Below, piece by piece: positions 39,789 through 49,000 of a stretch of 63,932 bases of DNA. Every line of letters starts with the position of its first letter. The stretch's first letter is position 1. Source of the stretch: Myxococcota bacterium (GTDB lineage: Bacteria > Myxococcota_A > SURF-8 > G963663525); the NCBI GenBank assembly GCA_963676915.2, contig CAXXVK010000003.1, positions 1-63,932 of the forward strand. Direction: 5' to 3'. The position numbers were made by a program, and so were the translations under genes. The notes beneath the pieces were generated by a model. That model made no database searches. It was not told the origin of the DNA and was given only the letters and a program-made list of their open reading frames with translations.

Positions 39789-41267
39789 TCAGGCTTTGTC
39801 GATAACCTCCCGCCACTGTTCCCGACGTCGGGTGCGTTCCTCCTGGGGCATGGTGGCCGTGAATTCACGGTCCATTTTCCAGTTGCGGCGAATGTCTTCC
39901 TGATCCTGCCACAACCCGACACCCAGACCCGCCAAAAACGCTGCGCCCAACGCGGTGGTTTCGAGCATTTCAGGTCGTGCAATGCGACGGTTGAGGATAT
40001 CGGCCTGGAACTGCATCAACAGGTTGTTGGCCGCAGCGCCGCCGTCCACTTTGAGCGCTTTCAGATCGATCCCGGAGTCTTTTTCCATGGCATCGAGAAT
40101 CTCGAAGTTTTGCAAGGCGATGCCTTCCAGCACGGCGCGTGCGATGTGCCCGCGATTGCTGCCCCGAGTCAGGCCGTGAATCACGCCCCGCGCCTCGGGT
40201 CGCCAGTGGGGAGCGCCCAGCCCGGCGAAAGCGGGAACGAATACCACGCCGTTGGAGGACTCCACTGTTTCGGCCAAAGCTTCGATGTCGGGAGCCGAAT
40301 CGATGATTTTCAGTTCATCCCGCAGCCATTGCACAGCGGCTCCGGCAATGAAAGCGCTGCCTTCCAGGGCGTAGGTCGTCTTTCCATCGAGACGCCAGGC
40401 CACGGTTGTCAGCAATTGAGACGGAGAAGGAACCGCCCGGTCGCCGGTATTCATCAGCAAAAACGCACCGGTTCCGTAGGTGCATTTCGCTTCGCCAGGA
40501 GCAAAACAAGCTTGGCCGAACAACGCCGCCTGCTGGTCCCCCGCCATACCTGCCACCGGGATGCCGTCGGGCAGGAAATCCAGCCCTTTCGTTTTGCCGT
40601 AGATACCGGAGCAATCCACGACCTCGGGCAGTAATTCGCGAGGAACTTCAAGGATATCCATCAGTTGTGAGTCCCACTCCAACGTGTGGATATTGAGCAG
40701 CAACGTGCGCGAGGCATTGGATACGTCGGTGACATGTGCCGCACCGTCGGTCAGTCGATACACGAGGTAGGAATCGACGGTTCCGGCGGCCAATTCCCCC
40801 GCTTGGGCGCGGGAAACCAGCTCGGGGTTTTCTTTGAGCATCCAGTGGATTTTCGTGCCGCTGAAATAGGGATCGAGCACCAACCCGGTTTTTTCTTTGA
40901 ACGTACCTTCGTAGCCCGCTTTCTTCAGCCGGTTACAAATTTCGGTGGTGCGTCGGCATTGCCAGACGATGGCGTTGCGCACGGCCTTATGGCTGTCGCG
41001 CTCCCAGATGGCCACCGTTTCGCGTTGGTTGGTGATACCGATTCCGGCAAGCTGAGAACCTTCGATGCCGGCGTTTTTCAACGCGCCTTGCACCGCTGCC
41101 CGGACGCTGCTCCAAATGGCTTCGGGATTGTGCTCGACCCATCCCGGCTGGGGATAGATCTGCTCGAATTCCTGGTAGCCTTTACCCAACAGTTGCAATT
41201 GACGGTCCAGAATCAGCGCCGTGCTGCCCGTGGTTCCCTGATCGATGGCGAGAATGTAGTCCGACAT
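39789..41267 (-). CDS. glpK: Glycerol kinase
   Basis: AIDQGTTGS, GITNQRET, DPYFSGTK, TDVSNASRT, AGDQQAALFG, KCTYGTG. Confidence 0.97.
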   Translation of the reverse strand: MSDYILAIDQGTTGSTALILDRQLQLLGKGYQEFEQIYPQPGWVEHNPEAIWSSVRAAVQGALKNAGIEGSQLAGIGITNQRETVAIWERDSHKAVRNAIVWQCRRTTEICNRLKKAGYEGTFKEKTGLVLDPYFSGTKIHWMLKENPELVSRAQAGELAAGTVDSYLVYRLTDGAAHVTDVSNASRTLLLNIHTLEWDSQLMDILEVPRELLPEVVDCSGIYGKTKGLDFLPDGIPVAGMAGDQQAALFGQACFAPGEAKCTYGTGAFLLMNTGDRAVPSPSQLLTTVAWRLDGKTTYALEGSAFIAGAAVQWLRDELKIIDSAPDIEALAETVESSNGVVFVPAFAGLGAPHWRPEARGVIHGLTRGSNRGHIARAVLEGIALQNFEILDAMEKDSGIDLKALKVDGGAAANNLLMQFQADILNRRIARPEMLETTALGAAFLAGLGVGLWQDQEDIRRNWKMDREFTATMPQEERTRRREQWREVIDKA

Positions 41268-41293
41268 CGTATTTCCTCGTATAAGTTATGGAA

Positions 41294-42418
41294 TTATTTC
41301 AACAATTCCTCGGGATTGAGAGGAATCAACTCGTCCGTGACAAACAGGCCGTCCTTGCGGATCAACACGTCGTCGAACCAGATTTCCCCACCTCCGTGAG
41401 CCGCAAACTGGCGGCACACCATGTCCCAGTGGACGCTGGACTTGTTGCCGTTGTCCGCTTCGTCGTAGCAGCCACCCGGCGTGAAATGGAACGACCCGGC
41501 GATTTTCTCGTCGAACAGAATGTCCAGCATCGGTTCGGTGACGTGAGGATTGACACCGATGGCGAACTCACCGATATAGCGGGAGCCTTCATCGCGGTCG
41601 AAGATGTCCTTCAGCTTGTCGGCGTCGCCGACCTGGCAGGATTCCTCAACGATTTTTCCGTCCTTGAACACCAGCCGTACGCCATCAAAGAGGGTTCCTT
41701 CATATAACGTCGGTGTATTGTACTGCAATACGCCATTGACCGAATCCTTGACGGGCGCGGTAAACACTTCGCCGTCCGGGATGTTCAGTTTTCCATCGCA
41801 TTTGACGGAGGTCAGTCCCTTGATCGAGAACGTCAGGTCGGTTCCCGGTCCTTTGATAGCCACTTTGTCGGTGCGGTCCATCAGTTCGACGAGCGGGTCC
41901 ATGGCTTTGGACATGATCGAGTAATCGAGCAGGCAGCATTTGAAATAAAAATCTTCGAAAACGCGGGTGGGCATTTTCGCCGACTGGGCAAACGCCGGGC
42001 TGGGCCAGCGCATGACGACCCAACGGGTGTCGGGTACGCGGCATTCCATATGCACCTGCTTCATGACGGTGGAAGAATACGCCTTGAGCTGCTCAGGCGC
42101 CACGTCGCTGTTTTCCAATACGTTCGACGTACCGCGCACGCCGATGAATACGTCCATTTCTTTCATGCGAGCCAGTTCGAGATCCGCCTGAAACTGGAAC
42201 TGTTTTTCGCTTCCGCCTTTTAAAATCGCGCGTTCGACGAATTCGTCCCGCAAGGTCACGTAAGGCAGCGCTTTGCGCTTGTACGCTTCTTCCACGAGGG
42301 CTTCGACGAAGGGGTAGGTTCGCGTTCCAACCGCCTGAATCAGGATTTTTTCACCTTCTTTGAGGTCGGTCGAATAGTCGAGAAGTTTGATGGCCAATTG
42401 GCGTGCTCGTTCGCTCAT
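41294..42418 (-). CDS. M29 family aminopeptidase (AmpS/AmpT-like)
   Basis: NIPDGEVFTAP, GEFAIG, LFDEKI, SFHFTPG, SSVHWDMV. Confidence 0.93.
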   Translation of the reverse strand: MSERARQLAIKLLDYSTDLKEGEKILIQAVGTRTYPFVEALVEEAYKRKALPYVTLRDEFVERAILKGGSEKQFQFQADLELARMKEMDVFIGVRGTSNVLENSDVAPEQLKAYSSTVMKQVHMECRVPDTRWVVMRWPSPAFAQSAKMPTRVFEDFYFKCCLLDYSIMSKAMDPLVELMDRTDKVAIKGPGTDLTFSIKGLTSVKCDGKLNIPDGEVFTAPVKDSVNGVLQYNTPTLYEGTLFDGVRLVFKDGKIVEESCQVGDADKLKDIFDRDEGSRYIGEFAIGVNPHVTEPMLDILFDEKIAGSFHFTPGGCYDEADNGNKSSVHWDMVCRQFAAHGGGEIWFDDVLIRKDGLFVTDELIPLNPEELLK

Positions 42419-42802
42419 AATGCCTCCGAATTTTTTAAAGTCCTATCAAGAAATCTTAACCGAAAATCAATGAAACGAATCTAATCCATCCGGTTCCCGA
42501 TTGCAACGGGCGAGGTTTAAATTCGTGAAAATCCTAAACAATAGGGAGATTACGTTTTGGGGAAAAAGAAGGTTGACTCGGACGATTCAATGGAAAGATT
42601 GCTTTCGAGAACTCATTGCCGAGGTTATTCTGCTACTTCCCCTCCCGAAATTGACAAATATTCATCCCAAACATTAAGCTACATGATTAGCAAAATGGAT
42701 GAAACCAAACACTTTCGACATTACTACCTCATAAAGAGTTAGAGAGTTTTGTTTTCTGCAATGTTCTCTACCCCGAATGTAGCAACAAAAGGAGCTTGGA
42801 AA

Positions 42803-43540
42803 ATGAAATCCAATAATCATCAAGAGCATCATCTATTGATTTCACTAATCATCTTCATCATTCTTTCTGGATGTGTAACCCCTGCATCACAAGTAATAAC
42901 AGCAAAAACCGAATCACAATCCGTCAATTCATCTATTGAAAAGACAAATGAACCGTTTCAACTTCAAGTCGATGAGTCCAATTGGAATGAAGTGATTGTA
43001 AAGATTGGAGCACGGTGCAGAGTCAATATTTCAATTCCGATCCCCCTCGAAATTGACTCAAAAATTTCATTCCAATCCTTTTCGGGAATTACACAGGAGC
43101 AATTGTGGATCTCTTTGCAACATACGCTGGCTTATCACCATTTCAAACTTGTAACGGAAAATAATACATCCTCTTGTATGAGACCTACAAAAAACGATGC
43201 CCCCCCTGTGCAATGCAAACTCATCAAGATAGAGGAGCAACAAGAGCCAACGAAAATCGTAAAAAAAGACGAATCTCTCTTTACAACGGCTCGGATCGTA
43301 CCCAACTTTCGTAACGGAAAAAAATTTGGATTTCGTATTTACTCAATCCAAAAAGATTCGATTTGGGAGAATATTGGCCTAAAAAATGGTGATGTTATGC
43401 TCTACTTCAACCAAACAAGTCTAAATACTCCACAAGGATTTATGGATTTTTGTGCCGCCATAGAAAACAACGATTATCTTACCATCCAGTTATCGAGAAG
43501 AGGAAAAAACACAGTTATTATGGGAAAAAAATCTCAATAA
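42803..43540 (+). CDS. AT-rich lipoprotein with secretin N0-like segment and GspC-type PDZ domain
   Basis: Lipobox LSGC; ARIVPNFRNGKKFGFRIYSIQKDSIWENIGLKNGDV resembles the GspC PDZ domain. Confidence 0.7.
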   Translation: MKSNNHQEHHLLISLIIFIILSGCVTPASQVITAKTESQSVNSSIEKTNEPFQLQVDESNWNEVIVKIGARCRVNISIPIPLEIDSKISFQSFSGITQEQLWISLQHTLAYHHFKLVTENNTSSCMRPTKNDAPPVQCKLIKIEEQQEPTKIVKKDESLFTTARIVPNFRNGKKFGFRIYSIQKDSIWENIGLKNGDVMLYFNQTSLNTPQGFMDFCAAIENNDYLTIQLSRRGKNTVIMGKKSQ

Positions 43541-43593
43541 ATATCTAATAATCTTTTCTTGATCGGGTCAATTCCAAACTTCTTTCCTCGAAA

Positions 43594-43623
43594 TTGACAA
43601 CAAACGGCGGGATTCGCTAGAAT
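43594..43623 (+). promoter_or_regulatory. Sigma70-type promoter
   Basis: TTGACA-N18-TAGAAT about 50 bp upstream of ATG 43672. Confidence 0.55.
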
Positions 43624-43671
43624 TTCTACCAATCGCTACGCAACGAGGTCATTCCGGGGAACGAATCATCG

Positions 43672-45627
43672 ATGGAATCTGATAACCTTCATAAGAAGAA
43701 CATTCTCTGGCCGATCGGCGGTTTGGCTCTCTTGTTCGTTGTCGGATGGCTGGTTTTCGGCGAAACTCTCCAGGCCGATTTCATCAACTGGGACGATCCG
43801 GACTGGATCACTCAAAACTGCACGATTCAATCCCCTTCGCTCGAAACCCTGGTTTGGGTGTTTGTTCCCAATACACATAAGTATTATCAGCCGGTTACCT
43901 ATGCATCCTGGATGTTGGATACGTCCATCGATGGCCTCAACCCCTTCTATTTTCACCTGCAAAATCTTTTCTGGTATCTGCTCGGTTGTGGACTGGCGTT
44001 TTTGTTTTTGAAAAAGCTTTTCGATGCCACCGACACGTTTTCGCCTTCCAGACGTTGGCCGCTGGCTTTGGCGGCATCCTTGCTCTTTTTGCTTCATCCC
44101 GGACATGTCGAATCCCTGGCCTGGGCTACCGAACGCAAGGATCTGCTGACTCTGGCTCTCGGTTTCGCTTCGTTGCTGACATCCCTGCACGTCGCCGTGC
44201 ATACGGAGCGCTCCCCCTGGCGGCTGCGTTCGTGGTGGTGGACACTCGTTTTGTTCCTTTTGATGATTCTTTCGAAGGGTTATGCCGCCGTTTTTGCCGC
44301 CGTATACCTTCTACTCGAACTTGGCGTGCAGCGAGCACGTGGAAGATTCGACCTTCGGCGGCTGTTCTACCACATCCCTTTTTTCGTTCTCTTCATCGCG
44401 TCGGTTGCCTTTTATTATTCGATCAACACGGCCCTTTCCAGCATTCAGCAGTCTTTCGAGCAATACACCTTCGGCCAGCGGGTCGCGCTCTGGTTTTCGT
44501 TTATGGGCGATTATTTTCTGACAAGCCTGCTTCCCTTCGACATCCACTACATCTGGATTTACCGTGAGGAAATGCTTGTCTGGGGTGCGAGGCACGGGTT
44601 CGCGTTGTTCGTCTGTCTGGCAAGCCCGATCTTTGCGGTGCTCGCCTGGCGTAAAAAGTGGATCGCAGGCTTGTTTCTGTTCGCACTGGCGGCCATTTAT
44701 CTCATGCCCGGATCGAGTATCGTTCCATTGAATTGGGCGTCGCGGTATCTGTTGTTTCCGCTGTTGTTTCTTTGTTTCGGTTGGGTGGTCTTGGCCAACA
44801 AACTGCTGGATACATGGCCCGAAAAAGGCGGAAATCTCGCGGCGCTGCTGCTCTTTTTGATCGTTTTGGGAGCCTATGCCACAGAGTCGAAATCGAGAGT
44901 GCCGGTGTGGAAAAACGAGTTGGCGTTTCGTATGGATGCTTTTCGACAGCACAGGGACGCGGATTCCCAGGTTCTGATCACGGCTGAAACGTTGCTCAAA
45001 TACAATCCGGCGTTAGGCTTGAAACTACTGACTCCCATGCTGGAAAACTCCGAAAACCGGAAATTTACCAACGTCCGGCTGGCGGAAATCAATCTCGTGC
45101 GAGGTGCCGCAGGGCCGGAAAAAGCCATTGCCGTAGCGGAAGCCGCTCTGAAAGAAGCTCGCGTTCCCGAGCCTATCGCCAACAACATCGCCTACTATTA
45201 TATGGAATTGGGCAATCCCGAAAAAGCCGCCGAATGGCTGGAATTTTCCGTTCGCAACAAGCCTTCGACAGACGCAACACGAACACGAACGTCTTTCTGG
45301 TTGATCTGGGTGCAAAACGCCATCGAACGGGAAGATTATCCTACCGCTTTGCAGCTTCTCGATCGCCTGCCGCACCAATCCGGTCGGACAACGGCGACGG
45401 TGTTGAGAATTCTGGCCGAAGCCGGTGCAAATGCCGATTGGGAAGGAGCCATTCAAAAGCTGGAAAACGGTCCGTGGCCCGATGCGGCTCGCCCGGTGGT
45501 GTTGCAAGCGCTCGTTCGACTGCACGAAAAGCAGGGAAACTCTTCCAAAGCACAACAACTTCTTCAGGAAAGTGAAAAGCGGAATCAGGACGAGATGTTC
45601 CACCGCTGCTGGTTCGGTGCTTTGTGA
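43672..45627 (+). CDS. TMTC-like GT-C glycosyltransferase (putative protein O-mannosyltransferase) with TPRs
   Basis: FINWDD, YYQPVTYAS, HPGHVESLAWATERKD, SRYLLFP, many TMs, C-terminal TPR-like helices. Confidence 0.88.
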   Translation: MESDNLHKKNILWPIGGLALLFVVGWLVFGETLQADFINWDDPDWITQNCTIQSPSLETLVWVFVPNTHKYYQPVTYASWMLDTSIDGLNPFYFHLQNLFWYLLGCGLAFLFLKKLFDATDTFSPSRRWPLALAASLLFLLHPGHVESLAWATERKDLLTLALGFASLLTSLHVAVHTERSPWRLRSWWWTLVLFLLMILSKGYAAVFAAVYLLLELGVQRARGRFDLRRLFYHIPFFVLFIASVAFYYSINTALSSIQQSFEQYTFGQRVALWFSFMGDYFLTSLLPFDIHYIWIYREEMLVWGARHGFALFVCLASPIFAVLAWRKKWIAGLFLFALAAIYLMPGSSIVPLNWASRYLLFPLLFLCFGWVVLANKLLDTWPEKGGNLAALLLFLIVLGAYATESKSRVPVWKNELAFRMDAFRQHRDADSQVLITAETLLKYNPALGLKLLTPMLENSENRKFTNVRLAEINLVRGAAGPEKAIAVAEAALKEARVPEPIANNIAYYYMELGNPEKAAEWLEFSVRNKPSTDATRTRTSFWLIWVQNAIEREDYPTALQLLDRLPHQSGRTTATVLRILAEAGANADWEGAIQKLENGPWPDAARPVVLQALVRLHEKQGNSSKAQQLLQESEKRNQDEMFHRCWFGAL

Positions 45628-45641
45628 TCCTTCGAAAACTA

Positions 45642-45982
45642 TAGCAGTTACTATTTGGTTTTAGCGCTCCCTATCCTTTTCATATGAGGGGTGGCATGGG
45701 CTAACCGCAGGTTGCCCATGGTGATCGTTTGTACACGGGCAAGCGGACGTTTCACGTCGCTTGGTCAAAGGTTCTCCATCGTTAACCCGCATAATTCATG
45801 AAGAATCTGCTACGACTTGAAAATCCTCGATCTTTCACTTGTTTCCCGATTTCCATCCTCGACAGACTGTTCAGTATGCCTGCGGGTGAAAATCGCTCCA
45901 ACTTCATGAAATATCTTCGATTTCCGGCGTCTCGCTACGATTTTCATGAATAATGCGGGTTAACACCAAATAATAACTGCTA
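45642..45982 (+). mobile_element. MITE family A, copy 3, interrupted by a nested element
   Basis: TA-flanked TIRs TAGCAGTTACTATTTGGT / ACCAAATAATAACTGCTA; same two internal hairpins as copies 1 and 2. Confidence 0.8.
45785..45960. mobile_element. MITE family B nested in family A with a TA target duplication
   Basis: TIRs ACCCGCATAATTCATGAA / TTCATGAATAATGCGGGT (17/18); TA on both sides; removing it restores the family A right end. Confidence 0.82.
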
Positions 45983-45987
45983 TAGAC

Positions 45988-46022
45988 AAAAACGCCCGGT
46001 CCATAGTGTAACGGACCGGGCG
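45988..46022 (-). terminator. Terminator downstream of the megaenzyme operon
   Basis: CGCCCGGTCC-N10-GGACCGGGCG stem with an A5 run on the left (U-tract on minus). Confidence 0.65.
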
Positions 46023-46068
46023 ATACTGTGAAAAAGTACGTTGATTCAAGCGAAATCGTTACGGGTTG

Positions 46069-49000
46069 TCACTCATCCTCTCCTTCCGGTCGAAATCCTC
46101 CGGACTGGTTTCCAAGCTGGGCAGTCACACCGGGATCGTCCCGTCTTTGGATTTCGTCGGTGGAATCCTTCGCCCACTGCCAACGGGTGAAATCGACTTC
46201 CTCGCCGGAGTCGTTCCAGCGCCAGCGACAGGTATAACTGCGCCAGACTTCCCGTTGATCTTCCGATAATAAATCCAGTTCAGCGGCGCGATTCATCACG
46301 ACATCGAAGATTTTCGCCGTCGCGGCATCCACGAGTCCACGGGTGGGCTTGTCCAGCAAATAGGTGAATTCGTACGGAATCGCTCCCAGGTTCTCGATTC
46401 GTTCCGCCTTGTAATACCGTTCCACTACAGCGGACGCCTCGGCAATGAGATCGTCTCGCGGTGTATAGGCCTGACGAATCTCGTCCAGATGTTTCGGGGT
46501 TTCCACAACCTGCCCGCGAATTCCCATGTGGGCGGCACGGAAGGCCCGAGCGGTGCGGCCTTCGTCGTTGGTATCCACACCCTGAATCGGATCGATTCCC
46601 AGGCTGGACGCCGCACTGACCAGTGCTCCCGAAACATCCCAGTTATCCAAGGGAGCGATCTGGTTGATCAATGCGGTCACACCGGCATGATCACGCGCCA
46701 GTTTGAAGGCATGGTCCAATTCTTCAGTTGTTTTCAGGCCGAGTTGAATCGATCCACCCGCGCCGAAGTTTTCGGAAGCTTTTTCGAACGTTTTTTCGTC
46801 GATGGGCTGTCCTCCGCTGCTCTCAAGCACCAGCGTATCAGCCAATTCCCGCGCTTTTTTGAAGTCTTCGGCGGAGGCATCGGGAGACAGAATCACGGCG
46901 GCTTTTTCTCCCAACGCTTTTACGGAAGATTCGTAGGAGTGTAGCGATTCGCCCCTGAGATCCACCTGCACCTGCGAGGCTGACTCGGGGTCGAAATCAC
47001 CCAAGCGCTTGGAATCGATCCGCAGGATGGCCAGGCGGTCCGGCACGATGGCGCGATTCATCGGCAGCGGTTCGTCGAACAGCGGCGATTCGGAAGCCGC
47101 CAGACGACCCAAGGTATCGAGATCGAACAATCCGTTGGAAAATTTCTCCGCTCCCGGATGAGGTTTGATCGTCAGTTTCGGCGGCGGGAACTGCACCTGC
47201 CGAATACCTGCGATGTGTTCCAGGTGAATCGACCATTTGCCGTCGAATCCCATCGCTGCAGCTTTTTCGGCGTCGATTTTCGCAAGTTCCGTGGAAATCG
47301 ATGGTGTAATGGCGTCGATGGCGATCTGTCCGTTGGCGTGGGCCGCTTCGACGGTCCGGCGCTTGGCATAGTGCTGGAATTCGAACTGATAGTTCTGATC
47401 CCATCCGCGTGTAGCCGCAACGTAATCCACATGACCGTATATCAGCGAGATGATTCGAGGACTGGCGGCGGCGATTTCATCCACATATTCCACCGCCAGC
47501 GGATGTTCGATCAGCAACTCCAGCTTGATCCGTCCCACAGGCCAGCCGTTGGCGATTTCCAACGCCGTCAACACCCGGTCGATTTCCTCGATTTCACGGG
47601 GATCGCGGGATTTCGGAATGGTCAAAGCGTCGATGCGATCTCCGACGTGGCGTACCACCTCGTAATAATCGGCAGCCGAAGCCGTGGTGCGTACATTGTT
47701 GGGACGCAGTTTGAGCACTTTGCCGCCGAAGTCCAGATGGCCCAGCGAATCGGCCAGCACGCGCCGCGTTCCTTCGTTGGCCAGATAGCTTTTCAACAGT
47801 TTTTGTTGCGGACGCTTCATGGCCTTCAAAAAGTCTTCGCCGCCTTTCTTTCGGAAGTCGAGGGTAGCCATCAGGCTTTCGAGATCGTGAACGTCCGGGT
47901 TCATCAGAGATTCGGTTATATTTGCCCCTTTCAGGCGCGAACGCGCCGTCTGCAAAGCGGCGACCAGTCCCTTTTTCGCAGGGCTGGAATCCCGACGAAC
48001 GCGGTGGAAGGTTTCCACGGCACGGGGTCGGGCCTCGCGGCGCATGGTCGGTGAAACGGCGTCTTCAAGATCGATCAACGCGGCATTGACATCAGGGTCG
48101 GCAGCGCTGTTCTCGGCATCACGCGGTCTCGTCACGGGAAAAACGTTGATGATCTTCTGCTGCACCAGCGTTTCGGCCAGTTTTTCATCCGAACTTTGCA
48201 CGTCGGACGTTTCATTGACCGCTGTCTCCTTTTTGGTAACGCCACCGACATACAGCAAGCGCCCCAGAGAGTCCGCAACTTCCATGCCAACGGCGATGGA
48301 GCGTCCCGGTTGTACGCCTTCGAGTTTGTCCACAACGGTCGTAACGGCCAATTCTCCCGCTTGAATCGAAACGTCGGCGTGACTCCATGTCGCGTCAAAC
48401 TGTTTCTTTCCACGTTCGGTCGCCAACAAACGATCCAACGTGCGCTCGATGGTGGAAGGCAGCGCTTTTTTCAACAACTTCCCAGCTTTGCCACTTAACG
48501 GCAACGCATCCAGGAAACTCGCGGCGCTCTCGGTGCTTTCCACGGCTTTTTGCACGTCGGCGTTCGTGGCTCCGGCACGCTCGACACTTCGCTTGAGTTC
48601 AAAAATGGCGCGACGTGTATCCAGCAAACTCGTGCCGGTCAGTACGTACCCCGGAACGAAGCTTGCGGACGCAAACGACAGAAGCTGAATCCCCAACGCA
48701 CCCGAAAAGGCCGCGTCGCCTCCCGGGAAAAGCTGTCGGGTTGCGGCGATACGGTCGGTGTCGAGTTCATAGGTGAATGTTTCGTTATCCCCCTCGCTGA
48801 AGTCGGGAGCAGGACGAGGCTCGAAGGCAACGGTATCTTTGGAATACGCCTTCAGATCGATCTCTTCGGTTCGAGGATAGGACGTGGAACGAGGGGAAAG
48901 CCAGGCCGTCGCATCGAAGAGAATGTCTCCCCAGCCGTTGACGGCCTGAAGTCCGACTTTGATTTCCTGCGGCGCGGCATCGAGAATTTCTACAATGGGT

